From contig CAWITH010000035.1 in the NCBI GenBank assembly GCA_963838935.1, positions 84,536 to 148,535 on the forward strand: a stretch of DNA of 64,000 nucleotides, written 5' to 3'. The DNA comes from an uncultured Acidobacteriaceae bacterium (GTDB lineage: Bacteria > Acidobacteriota > Terriglobia > Terriglobales > Acidobacteriaceae). A model generated the notes under the pieces. The model had not been told where the DNA came from, searched no databases, and was given only the letters and a program-made list of their open reading frames with translations. Positions 55,335-64,000 of this stretch are shown piece by piece. Within the stretch, counting starts at the first letter, position 1. Each line of letters starts with the position of its first letter. Position numbers and translations under genes: made by a program.

Positions 55335-55361
55335 TGGCTACCTCCTCTCCCGCACTAATAC

Positions 55362-55390
55362 ATTATTACTTGGTATTATATAATTGTCAA
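55362..55390 (-). promoter_or_regulatory. strong sigma70-like promoter for the PIN-toxin operon
   Basis: Minus strand TTGACA-N17-AATAAT in an AT-rich island, overlapping the palindrome TAATAC...GTATTA. GGAGAGGAGG precedes ATG 55334. Confidence 0.5.
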
Positions 55391-55524
55391 CGTGAATTGT
55401 TCCCGCTGCGGCCAATCATGCAGTTGACCAATCTCTAGCCTCTTGATTTCGGAGCACTTGACGGCTCCCCTCCCTGCATCCCCAGCCCTTCCCGCGAATC
55501 CAATGATGTTATGGTGGGAGTCGC

Positions 55525-56700
55525 ATGAAGATAGGCATCACCTGTTATCCGACCTACGGCGGCAGCGGAGTTGTGGCCACCGAACTGGGACTTGAGCTGG
55601 CGCGCCGGGGGCATGAGATTCATTTCATCTCCTATTCGCAGCCCATTCGCCTGACCGGGCCGGAACCTAACATTCACTATCATGAGGTCGAGGTCACGCG
55701 CTATCCGCTCTTTGAATATCCTCCGTACGACTTGGCGCTGGCCACGCGCATGGCCGAGGTGTCGCAGCTCTACGAGCTCGATTTGCTGCACGTGCACTAT
55801 GCAATCCCGCACTCGGTGAGCGCGATGCTGGCCAAGCAGATGCTGGCGGCGACTCCGCCGCGGCGGCATTTGCCGTTTGTCACCACCCTGCATGGCACCG
55901 ACATCACGCTGGTCGGGCTCGACCGCTCTTATCTTTCGATTACACGCTTTTCCATCGAGCAGAGCGACGGCGTGACCGCCATTTCGCAGTATTTGCGCAA
56001 CCGTACCCTCAAGATTTTCGACATCAAGAACCACATCGAGGTCATCCCGAATTTCGTCAACTGCGACGAGTATCTGCGCAAGCCGGAATGGCTGGAAAAG
56101 CGCACTGAGTATGTCCGGAACGACGAGCGGCTGCTGGTGCACCTTTCCAACTTCCGGCCGGTGAAACGCATCCTGGATGTGATCGAAATCTTCGACCGCG
56201 TGCGCAAGAAAATTCCCTCCAAGCTGCTGCTGATTGGCGACGGGCCCGACCGGTCGCAGGCGGAGTGGCTGGCGGTGCAGAAAGGCATTCACGAGCACGT
56301 GCTGTTTCTTGGCAAACAGGATCAGATCCGGGAAAAACTCGCCATCTCAGATGTGTTGTTGATGCCGAGCGAGCTGGAAACCTTCGGACTGGCAGCCCTC
56401 GAAGGGATGGCATGCGAAGTTGTCCCCATCGCCACCCGCACGGGCGGAGTACCGGAACTGATCGAGCATGGCGTGACGGGATTCCTGGCCGATGTCGGCG
56501 ACGTGGAGACGATGGCGCGTTATGCCATCGATCTGCTGGGTGACGAATCCGCCCTGCGCACCATGGGGAAACGGGCGCGTGCCGCCGCCCAGGAAAGATT
56601 CTGTTCCAGCCGGATTATTCCGCTTTACGAAGACTTTTACCGAAAGGTGCTGGAGCGCTCGCCGCAGTCGGCGCAGCCGTCATTAGCTCTTCGGGGTTAG
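55525..56700 (+). CDS. bshA: N-acetyl-alpha-D-glucosaminyl L-malate synthase (GT4)
   Basis: N-terminus MKIGITCYPTYGGSGVVATELGLELARRGHEIHFIS is characteristic of BshA. GT4 C-terminal E-x7-E region (PSELETFGLAALEGMA). Confidence 0.8.
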   Translation: MKIGITCYPTYGGSGVVATELGLELARRGHEIHFISYSQPIRLTGPEPNIHYHEVEVTRYPLFEYPPYDLALATRMAEVSQLYELDLLHVHYAIPHSVSAMLAKQMLAATPPRRHLPFVTTLHGTDITLVGLDRSYLSITRFSIEQSDGVTAISQYLRNRTLKIFDIKNHIEVIPNFVNCDEYLRKPEWLEKRTEYVRNDERLLVHLSNFRPVKRILDVIEIFDRVRKKIPSKLLLIGDGPDRSQAEWLAVQKGIHEHVLFLGKQDQIREKLAISDVLLMPSELETFGLAALEGMACEVVPIATRTGGVPELIEHGVTGFLADVGDVETMARYAIDLLGDESALRTMGKRARAAAQERFCSSRIIPLYEDFYRKVLERSPQSAQPSLALRG

Positions 56701-58033
56701 GCAGAATGGGCAGGCGCAGCCGGATCAACGTGCCGCCGCCTTCGCGGCTTTCAATCTTCATCCTGGCAGCATCGCCGTAGAGCACCTTGAGCCGCTCGGC
56801 AACGTTGGCCATGCCGATGCCTATGCCGCCAAAGCCACCGGATTGCTCAGCCAATTGCACCGCTCCCATGCCCACACCGTCGTCTTCCACTTCCACCACC
56901 AGCCGCGATTTGATCAAACGGCTGCGCAGCGTGATGCTGCCGCCTTCGACTTTCGGAGCAAGTCCGTGCTTGATGCAATTTTCGACCAGCGGCTGCAACA
57001 ACATGCTGGGGACCATGGCTTCGAGCGACGCCGGATCGAGATCCTTGACCACCTTGAGCTTGTCGCATCCAAAGCGTACGACTTCAATGTCCAGATAATT
57101 GTCGATGAATTCCACTTCCTCGTGCAGCGGAACGAACGAATCCGTGCTGTGCAGCAGGCGGCGCAGGATGGTAGCGAGCTTTTGGATCATCTCGCGCGCC
57201 GTGTCCGGGTCCAGGCGCACCAACGACGAAATGGAATTCAGTGTGTTGAACAGGAAGTGCGGGTTGATCTGATTCTGCAGCGCCGCCATGCGCGCCTGCA
57301 GCAGCAGCCGTTCCTGCTCTTCCAGTTTGGCCTGAATACGGACGCTGTTGAAGATTTTGAGTTCCGTGCCCACCACCATGACCACGGCCAGGTAGATGGC
57401 GCTCTCCACCAGATAAGCGTTCGGTGTCGCCGGGGCGCCGGGCGTCCACAGACCGGGGCTTTCCAGACTGAAGATGGAGTTTGGCCAGAAGTGCCAGATT
57501 TCCGTCTGCAGGAAACGCAAGCCGACGATGGTCGCGAAAAAATATATCTGCCAATCGAACACCCGCGGCCGTGGCAGATTGCGGCGAATCATGCGATAGA
57601 GGGTGAGATCGATGAAGGGCGAAAACGACCAGATGTCTTCCTGTTCGGGCGCGAACCGGCGCAACTGCCCGGCAATAATTCCGGCAAACACGTTCAGGGG
57701 CAAGGTGGCCCACTCGCCGTGCAGGGCCGCGGGCAGCGACATCAACGCACCGCCCAAGCCGCCCGACAGGCGTCCGCCGATCACGCCCAGCAGCAGCGCG
57801 GTTTCAAGCGACAGGTCGCCGGAGAGGAAGCTCTTGACGTTGAATCGTATCCAGACGCCGATAGCGATAGGGATGCCCATCGCCAAGGCCAGATAAATCT
57901 TGTGCCGGGTATCGCGGTGCTCGCGAAAGATCAGGTTCTTGAACTCTTTGGAACGCACCAGCGCGCTCGACAAGGCGGCGGCCACGCCCAGCTTGAGCAT
58001 GAGATATACGAGAATCAGCCGCGGTTCCAGCAT
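56615..58033 (-). CDS. LytS/YehU-type sensor histidine kinase
   Basis: N-terminal multi-TM (5TM-Lyt-like) domain, the His_kinase motif QINPHFLFNTLNSI, and an HATPase_c domain (GGFGGIGIGMANV). No response regulator is adjacent. Confidence 0.8.
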   Translation of the reverse strand: MLEPRLILVYLMLKLGVAAALSSALVRSKEFKNLIFREHRDTRHKIYLALAMGIPIAIGVWIRFNVKSFLSGDLSLETALLLGVIGGRLSGGLGGALMSLPAALHGEWATLPLNVFAGIIAGQLRRFAPEQEDIWSFSPFIDLTLYRMIRRNLPRPRVFDWQIYFFATIVGLRFLQTEIWHFWPNSIFSLESPGLWTPGAPATPNAYLVESAIYLAVVMVVGTELKIFNSVRIQAKLEEQERLLLQARMAALQNQINPHFLFNTLNSISSLVRLDPDTAREMIQKLATILRRLLHSTDSFVPLHEEVEFIDNYLDIEVVRFGCDKLKVVKDLDPASLEAMVPSMLLQPLVENCIKHGLAPKVEGGSITLRSRLIKSRLVVEVEDDGVGMGAVQLAEQSGGFGGIGIGMANVAERLKVLYGDAARMKIESREGGGTLIRLRLPILPNPEELMTAAPTAASAPAPFGKSLRKAE

Positions 58034-58069
58034 GGAGTGAATCTTTCCCGTGAGCGCGTGCGTCCGGGT

Positions 58070-59320
58070 TCAGGTTCCGATTGTAACCGCTGCCTGTTGC
58101 AAAAGCTGCTCCAGGTTGATCTTCGAGCCTGCTGGAACCCCGCCCTGGGCGAAATCGCGGCTGCCCCCGCCGCGGCCTCCAATCGATGACAACACTTGTT
58201 TCAGCAGCGCACCCATGTCAGCAGAGCCGCCGGGAGCCTGCGCAAAGACCAGGCCCGGCGGATCCACGGCGCTCGCCACCAGCGCGATAGCCGGCTCGCC
58301 CACTCGCGTCACTTTCTGGGCAAACAGTTTAGCGAAGCTGATGTCGCGATCGGAAAAGACGCGCACGATGACCTTGCGCCCCTTGGTCTCAGACGCCGCA
58401 TTCAGAGCGGCCAAGGCCGTGAACTCGGCCAGTTGATCAAGCGCATCGTCCTTCTGCTTGCGCAACAGCTTGCTCTCTTCGGCATTCTTCCGGATCTGCT
58501 CCGGCACATCCCAAAGCTGGGCTGAGAATAGTGCAGCCGCCTCGCTGAGGGCGCTGTAGTCACGCCGCGCCATGCGCACCGCACGATTGCCGCAGACAAA
58601 CTCCACGCGTGTCCCCTGCCGCACTTTCTCGGTCTTCCGCAGCAGAATCGAACCGATCTGCCCGCTCGAACCAACGTGAGTTCCGCCGCACGCCGAGAGA
58701 TCGAAATCCGCAACCTCAATAAGCCGTAGTTCATCGCGCTCCGCCGGAGGCAGTTTGCGCAAGCCAAGCCGCTCCGCCTCCGCCCGCGAAACGTAGCGCA
58801 CTCGCACCGGGCGGTCCTCAAACACAATCTGATTCGCCCGCTTCTCGACCCCCGCAATCTGCTCGGCACTCACTGACGCCACGGCCAGATCAATCGAGCA
58901 GTAGTCTTCGCCCATATGAAACGAGACGGTCGGCATCTGGTAAAGCTCGATAAACGCTGCCGAGAGAACGTGCTGTCCGGTGTGTTGCTGCATGTGATCG
59001 CGGCGGCGTTCGCGATCGATGCTGCCATGGATAACGGCTCCCGCCACCGGCAATTTCGGCGGTGCTTCCAGGTAGTGCACGATCCTGCCGTCTTCAGCAT
59101 CGGCAACTTCCGAGACGCGCAGGCGGTCTTCCGTGCGGCCACCACCGTCCAGCGTCAGCCATCCAGTATCGTGGACCTGCCCGCCGCTGGTGGGATAGAA
59201 CGCCGTTTCCCGCAGGATGACGGCTGGGCGGGCCTGCTCAGGCGAGGGAGGCGCGACTTCCTCGACCACAGAATCGAACTCGTGGATTTCAGAGCTGTCG
59301 TAATAGAGGCGTTTGGTCAT
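58070..59320 (-). CDS. alaX: alanyl-tRNA editing protein AlaX-L (AlaRS editing + DHHA1-like domains)
   Basis: Zinc-site motifs HMQQHTGQHVL and ACGGTHV. 416 aa. Confidence 0.8.
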   Translation of the reverse strand: MTKRLYYDSSEIHEFDSVVEEVAPPSPEQARPAVILRETAFYPTSGGQVHDTGWLTLDGGGRTEDRLRVSEVADAEDGRIVHYLEAPPKLPVAGAVIHGSIDRERRRDHMQQHTGQHVLSAAFIELYQMPTVSFHMGEDYCSIDLAVASVSAEQIAGVEKRANQIVFEDRPVRVRYVSRAEAERLGLRKLPPAERDELRLIEVADFDLSACGGTHVGSSGQIGSILLRKTEKVRQGTRVEFVCGNRAVRMARRDYSALSEAAALFSAQLWDVPEQIRKNAEESKLLRKQKDDALDQLAEFTALAALNAASETKGRKVIVRVFSDRDISFAKLFAQKVTRVGEPAIALVASAVDPPGLVFAQAPGGSADMGALLKQVLSSIGGRGGGSRDFAQGGVPAGSKINLEQLLQQAAVTIGT

Positions 59321-59345
59321 TATGAAAAAAGTGCGGTGGGCAGAT

Positions 59346-59456
59346 AAAAGTCAGGCACCGGCGACCCACTGCACACGAAAGAGCCCGTTACCGTTGCTTC
59401 CTTCCGGACCTGGCGGGGTTGGCGGGAAAACGTCGCGCGGAACCGATGCCTGACTC
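59346..59456 (-). ncRNA. ffs: signal recognition particle RNA (small 4.5S type)
   Basis: The minus strand contains CCAGGTCCGGAAGGAAGCAACGG, the conserved domain IV with GGAA tetraloop. It is closed by the long-range helix GTCAGGCA...TGCCTGAC and followed by TTTT. Confidence 0.85.
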
Positions 59457-59526
59457 TACATCTTAGCAAGAGATCGCCAAAAACAGGAATGGACACTCGG
59501 GTGTTCGACTATCATCAAATCACGCT

Positions 59527-59749
59527 ATGGCCGAGTCAGAATGCGCCACCTACAAAAAGCTAAAAGATCGTGAGACCCGTGCCCACGCGGCCTGGACTTC
59601 TTTTCTGTACCGCAATGAAGTCAAACCGAAGGCTATCGGAGAAGGCAAAACGGAAGCATCAGAAAGAAGAAATGGAAGCGTATCAGCAGGCTCACAAGGC
59701 GCGTCTGGCCCATGCAAAGACCTGTCCCATCTGCACTCCAAGCCTCTAA
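59527..59749 (+). CDS. small hypothetical Cys-containing protein, frame-disrupted as assembled
   Basis: MAESECATYKKLKDRETRAHAAWTSFLYRNEVKPKAIGEGK continues, after removing one A from the A4 run at 59647-59650, as RKHQKEEMEAYQQAHKARLAHAKTCPICTPSL. No clear RBS. Confidence 0.3.
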
Positions 59750-59757
59750 GCCCTCAG

Positions 59758-60057
59758 TCACTGGAACAATTCGTAGTGCATCACCGTGGGTTCGAATTCC
59801 AGCAGGTATTTCTCATCTTCCGGATAGTACTTGGCGACCTCGATATTCGAACCGGCAAAGGCCACAATTGCGTCGCGCGATTCCCAAAAGGAAAGCGTGA
59901 CAAAATGCGCTACGTCACCCTCCATTCTGCGTAGCACCCAGGCCCCCTTATTGCCAGTCGTCGTTCGGTAGGCGGGGATTCCGGACTTGAAGAGATATTC
60001 GAGATACGTTTCCGCATCGCTCGCGTTCGTTTTACCGTGCCAGATTCGGGCGATCAT
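59758..60057 (-). CDS. ABM (antibiotic biosynthesis monooxygenase-like) domain protein
   Basis: 99 aa, MIARIWHGKT...HFVTLSFWESRDAIVAFAG, typical of a ferredoxin-like ABM fold. Confidence 0.65.
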   Translation of the reverse strand: MIARIWHGKTNASDAETYLEYLFKSGIPAYRTTTGNKGAWVLRRMEGDVAHFVTLSFWESRDAIVAFAGSNIEVAKYYPEDEKYLLEFEPTVMHYELFQ

Positions 60058-60074
60058 ACGCTCTCCTCAAAGCC

Positions 60075-60767
60075 TCAGCGCACCACCAGCACTTCCCGTA
60101 TGGCGTCGCGCGCCAGGAAGAACTTGATCGACGCAAAATCGTGGAAAAGATTTTCAATGTGCCGGTTGGCGAATACGCGCTGCAGGCGGGGAGATTTTTT
60201 TTCGGATGCGGGCTGGCCAGGTGGCGCAAACTTTACCTCATGCATCCCCAGCATGTCGGTGCCGTTCACGTGATAGCGATAGCAGATCGAGTCCGGCCCC
60301 GCGTCGCGGGTGTGAAAGAACGCCAGCAGGAACCCGCCCGGCTTCATCACCGACCACAAACGATCGATGGTCGGCTTCACCAGGCTCTCTTCCATGTAAT
60401 CCGGCAGATTCCAGCACAGCACCACGTCGAACTGAGCGTTCTCGTAGACCAGGTTTTCTTCCAGAAATTTCTTGCTGTCCACAGCCGGTTTGCCGGCGCT
60501 GTCCTGAATTCGGAGCGCGGGATCGAGGGACGACCAGAGCAGGTCTTCGCTGTAAATCTTGTGTCCTTTATCGGTGAAAAAACGGATATTGCTGGCCGAG
60601 GTCGAACCCAGATCGAGCACACACAATCCGTCCTCGCAATTCAGCAGCCGCGAAATCTCCCCCATCCCGCTCGACCGGCGGGTGAGTTTCTGCGGGACTG
60701 CGGGACTCACCGTCTGGTTCGAAGAACTCCGAAAGAATTTCATTACGTTGTCAGAAACAGATGCCAT
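60075..60767 (-). CDS. class I SAM-dependent methyltransferase
   Basis: VLDLGSTSASNIRFF and FDVVLCWNLPDYM motifs. Lies 23 nt downstream of the bactofilin gene. Confidence 0.7.
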   Translation of the reverse strand: MASVSDNVMKFFRSSSNQTVSPAVPQKLTRRSSGMGEISRLLNCEDGLCVLDLGSTSASNIRFFTDKGHKIYSEDLLWSSLDPALRIQDSAGKPAVDSKKFLEENLVYENAQFDVVLCWNLPDYMEESLVKPTIDRLWSVMKPGGFLLAFFHTRDAGPDSICYRYHVNGTDMLGMHEVKFAPPGQPASEKKSPRLQRVFANRHIENLFHDFASIKFFLARDAIREVLVVR

Positions 60768-60790
60768 AAGCTCGATCGGCGCGCGCTTCC

Positions 60791-61147
60791 CTATGCAGAC
60801 GCCTTTCCGGGCTCTTTCTGAATATCCACTTTCCCTCGCAGGAACGCGCCCTCTTCAATGGCAATGCGCTGCGCGGTCAGGTCGCCGGTTACCACCGCCG
60901 TCTTTCGCAGTTCCACACGATCGGAGACGTTCACGGCGCCCTCCACTTTACCCTGAATCACGATGGCTTTCGCGCTGACATTGGCCTTCACATTTCCGTT
61001 GGGGCCAACCGTCAGGCTGTTGTTGCGAAGCTCAATCTTGCCTTCGACGTGGCCATCCACGTACAAATCTTCTGATCCCGACAGCTCTCCCTTAATGACC
61101 ACCGACTTGCCGATCAGGGCGAACTCTCCGGTTTGCGGAGTTTCCAT
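60791..61147 (-). CDS. bactofilin (DUF583 polymer-forming cytoskeletal protein)
   Basis: 118 aa of beta-helical repeats: VIKGELSGSEDLYVDGHVEGKIEL...VIQGKVEGAVNVSDRVEL...VTGDLTAQRIAIEEGAFLRGKV. Confidence 0.85.
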   Translation of the reverse strand: METPQTGEFALIGKSVVIKGELSGSEDLYVDGHVEGKIELRNNSLTVGPNGNVKANVSAKAIVIQGKVEGAVNVSDRVELRKTAVVTGDLTAQRIAIEEGAFLRGKVDIQKEPGKASA

Positions 61148-61326
61148 GCTGGGCCTCCATCTTCCTCGCGCTCTGGTCGCCGCGAATTCACCGATTGTAA
61201 ATCATCGGCCCGGTTCCAGTGCTGGTTGCCACCCGGATATCCTCCGTCCGAGACTTACAGTAGTGGCCCCACCCGACCTGCGGTTTGCTACCATCGTTCA
61301 ATAGGGTCAACGTTCCCAGTCTAGTC

Positions 61327-62260
61327 ATGACGGTCGTCAACTCCAGTTTGCGCTCCATCGCTCGCCGCATCGCACAGACGAGTGCCTGGATTCTACTGCT
61401 GACCGCGAGCCAGTTTTGCCGGACAGCCAGCGACCGTTTCTTCGTATCGGGATCCCGCGGCACTGGTGCGCAAAGCGGTGCAGAACGAAATCAAGTCGGC
61501 CAATGACGACACCGCCCGCTTTCTGTTTCGCGGCACCAGAACGACGCCCAAGGGATCCACGACCAAGCTCTACGTCGAGACCAGGGAAGCTACTGCCGGT
61601 CTGGTCGTCGCCTACAACGGCAAACCTCTGACTCCGGAACAACGCCGCGACGAAGAATCGCGCATCGAACGTTTCGTCAACAATCCGGAAGAATTGAAAA
61701 AGAAACGCGAGCAGGAACATGACAGCGCTGAGCGCACGCTGCGCATCGTGCGCGCGCTGCCCGATGCTTTCTTGTACGAATACGCCGGAGAAGAACGGGG
61801 ATCGGAAGGCATTGGCCGAACCGGCGACCCTCTGGTCAAGTTGCAGTTCCGTCCGAATCCCGGCTACCAGCCGCCCTCTCGCGTAGAAGAGGTCCTCACC
61901 GGAATGCAGGGCTACGTGCTGGTGGACGCCGTCGGTTACCGCATTGCCAGCATTGACGGCACGCTTTTCAAGGAAGTCAGCTTCGGCTGGGGAATTCTCG
62001 GACACCTCGATCGCGGCGGCCGCTTCGTGGTTCATCAGCAGGAGGTGGGCGACAATCTCTGGGAAATTTCCAGCATGAGCTTGAGCTTCACCGGAAAAAT
62101 CCTGCTGGTGAAAAATCTCTCCATTATTTCGACGGAGGTTTTCAGCGGCTTCAAGCAGATCCCCTCGGACCTGACCTTCGCCCAGGCGCTGGAACTGCTG
62201 AAGAAAGAGGAACCTTCCGTGGCAGGAGATCCTGACGCCAGCAAATTCGCCCACAAGTGA
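61327..62260 (+). CDS. secreted hypothetical protein, signal peptide separated by a frame disruption as assembled
   Basis: MTVVNSSLRSIARRIAQTSAWILLLTASQF (frame of ORF 61285) joins AGQPATVSSYRDPAALVRKAVQNEIK... (frame of ORF 61466) if the T4 run at 61414-61417 is T3. Confidence 0.55.
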
Positions 62261-62284
62261 TGTAGGCAGGACGCCTTGCTCCAG

Positions 62285-62344
62285 TGGGGACGGGTTTGTG
62301 TGGGGACGGGCGCCCTCGCCCGTCCAGGCCGAGCGCAGCTCGGC
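62285..62344. repeat. GACGGGC-family hairpin cluster between convergent genes
   Basis: Direct repeat TGGGGACGGG x2. Two perfect hairpins: GGACGGGCG-ccct-CGCCCGTCC and GCCGAGC-gca-GCTCGGC. Confidence 0.7.
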
Positions 62345-62376
62345 AACTGCCGGCGATCACCGCGACCGTGGATTCG

Positions 62377-63495
62377 CTAGCCCTTCCCGGCGCGAAACGT
62401 TTCTTCGCGCACGGTGAACTTCCTCACCAGGTCTTCGCATACCTGGTAGCCCGTCCCCGGCGCGTCGCTGATCGCAATGGTTCCATCGGCGCGGACTTCC
62501 ACTTCGGGTTCGATGATGTCCTGTTTCCAATAGCGCTTCGAGGCCGACACGTCTCCCGGCAAACGAAAATTCTCCAGCGTCGACAAAGCGATGTTGTGCG
62601 CCCGTCCCACTCCCGATTCCAGCATCCCGCCGCACCACACGGGAACGTTGTGCCGCAGGGCGACGTCGTGGATTTTCTTCGCCTCGCTAAATCCGCCCAC
62701 GCGGCCCACCTTGATGTTGAGGATCCGGCAGGCCCCGATCTCCAGCGCAAAATCCGCGTCGCGGGCACTCGAAATCGATTCGTCCAGACAAATCGCCGTC
62801 CGGATGGCTTTCTGCAGCCGCGCATGAAGGTAGATCTCATCGTTCCATAACGGCTGCTCCATCATAAGCAGGTTGAAGGCGTCGAATTTGCGCAGGTGCT
62901 CGACTTCGTCGAGCGTGTAGGCGGAATTCGCATCCACACTGAGCGTAATATCTGCCCAGCGGGCGCGGACCTTCTCCAGCACATTCAGATCCCATCCCGG
63001 CTTCACCTTGATCTTGATCCGCCGGTATCCCGCCGCCAGCTCAGTTTCGATCTTCTGCAGCAGTTGTTCCGGCGAGTCCTGAATGCCAATCGAAACCCCA
63101 CAAGCGATCTCGCGCCGGGTTCCGCCCAGTAATTTCCAGAGCGGCTCTTGTTTCTGGCGCGCCTCCGCATCCCACACCGCGTTCTCAAGCGCCGCTTTGG
63201 ACATGTGGTGGCCCCGGACTCTGGCAAACCGCGCCGCACAATCGCGCCCGGAAGCTAACTCGCTCTGCAGCAGCAACGGCGCCAGGTAATGCTTGATCGT
63301 GGGCCACGCGGCTCCGATCCATTCCGAACTGTAATACGGATCTTCCCCCGCGACGCACTCGCCCCATCCGCGCACTCCATCGGCCTCGACACTCACCAGC
63401 AGAATGCGACGGCTGTAAGTTCGGCTAAAGCTCGTTTCAAAAAAATGCACGAGCGGCATGTGAATTTCACGCAGAGTTACGGATTCGATTTTCAT
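62377..63495 (-). CDS. enolase-superfamily o-succinylbenzoate synthase / N-acylamino acid racemase-like enzyme
   Basis: 372 aa, MKIESVTLREIHMPLVHFFETSF...GWGEC, with metal ligands in the VDANSAY, MMEQP and CLDES contexts typical of the MenC/NAAAR subgroup. Confidence 0.75.
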   Translation of the reverse strand: MKIESVTLREIHMPLVHFFETSFSRTYSRRILLVSVEADGVRGWGECVAGEDPYYSSEWIGAAWPTIKHYLAPLLLQSELASGRDCAARFARVRGHHMSKAALENAVWDAEARQKQEPLWKLLGGTRREIACGVSIGIQDSPEQLLQKIETELAAGYRRIKIKVKPGWDLNVLEKVRARWADITLSVDANSAYTLDEVEHLRKFDAFNLLMMEQPLWNDEIYLHARLQKAIRTAICLDESISSARDADFALEIGACRILNIKVGRVGGFSEAKKIHDVALRHNVPVWCGGMLESGVGRAHNIALSTLENFRLPGDVSASKRYWKQDIIEPEVEVRADGTIAISDAPGTGYQVCEDLVRKFTVREETFRAGKG

Positions 63496-63623
63496 GACTT
63501 AGTTATCGCTGGAGGACTGGCAAGTATAGAAGGGCGTCGCAGCAAGGGCAAGGGAGTGCCGCATATGCTGTTTTACTCATAATTTCAGCTGCAAACTATG
63601 ACCTGAAATTGCGGGAAACAGAT

Positions 63624-64000
63624 CTAATATCGCCAGTCCTCGTTCCACTTTCCCAGCAGGAATCGCCCTTTCCCGTGCTCGTCGCGCTCATAGCCAAGCA
63701 CGCTCAGCCCTTCGGCGAACGCCTTTTGGAAGCGCTCGCGATTGCTCCCCTGCACCGCCAGCGCCTGCGCACGCGTCGCCGCCGCGGCTTTCCAGGCATA
63801 GATTTCCGCCGGCACTTCGATGCGCGCCTTGCATTCGAACTTGGCGCGTGGAGCCTCGGTCAAGACCGCGTTGACCCGTTTGGACTTCATCCACCATTCC
63901 GCCACCAGCCGGTCCGTGGGCAAGCCGCCCTGCAACGGAGACGAAGTGATTCCATACTGGTTCACGTTGTAGCGCCGCGCGATCGCACCCAGCCTCTCGA
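63624..64000 (-). CDS. hypothetical protein, 5' end outside the window
   Basis: The frame stays open to the window edge (upstream residues ...ERLGAIARRYNV precede the first Met of the tracked ORF). No family call. Confidence 0.5.
   Translation of the reverse strand, partial: ERLGAIARRYNVNQYGITSSPLQGGLPTDRLVAEWWMKSKRVNAVLTEAPRAKFECKARIEVPAEIYAWKAAAATRAQALAVQGSNRERFQKAFAEGLSVLGYERDEHGKGRFLLGKWNEDWRY

Overview
High-GC (about 60%) bacterial chromosomal window, densely coding. Gene content and interspersed hairpin repeat families suggest Acidobacteriota, but this is inference and I could not verify it.

Main blocks:
- 20-11492, minus strand: a pseudaminic-acid-type nonulosonic acid glycan cluster. 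It holds pseB, pseC, a fused pseG/pseH, pseI, a Pse-associated methylase, a 1028-aa three-domain fusion protein and a 576-aa orphan.
- 11597-14475: a sugar porter plus glucokinase.
- 14613-18517: an assimilatory sulfate reduction operon (sulfite reductase, siroheme genes, APS reductase). It is preceded by a poly-cysteine leader ORF and an intrinsic terminator. I read this as a Cys-sensing attenuator, and it is the most interesting signal in the window.
- Housekeeping genes: galE, ftcD, murI, tonB-like, ileS-lspA, slt, cinA-thpR-plsY-gpsA, bshA, alaX, menC-like.
- A translationally coupled B12-radical-SAM/GT2 pair.
- An ECF sigma factor fused, as assembled, to a zinc-finger anti-sigma domain.
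- An intact IS3-family (IS407-like) insertion with a 4-bp target duplication.
- A polyamine cluster: pdaD, a deoxyhypusine-synthase-like gene, aguB and aguA.
- Two PIN-toxin modules.
- tRNA-Leu(UAA) and the SRP (4.5S) RNA.
- A bactofilin-methyltransferase pair.

At least eight genes, including the essential ileS and gpsA, carry single-nucleotide frame disruptions, mostly at short homopolymers. This points to assembly indel errors and affects how every fusion or pseudogene call here should be read. Many long antisense ORFs in the track are GC-driven shadow ORFs and were not called.
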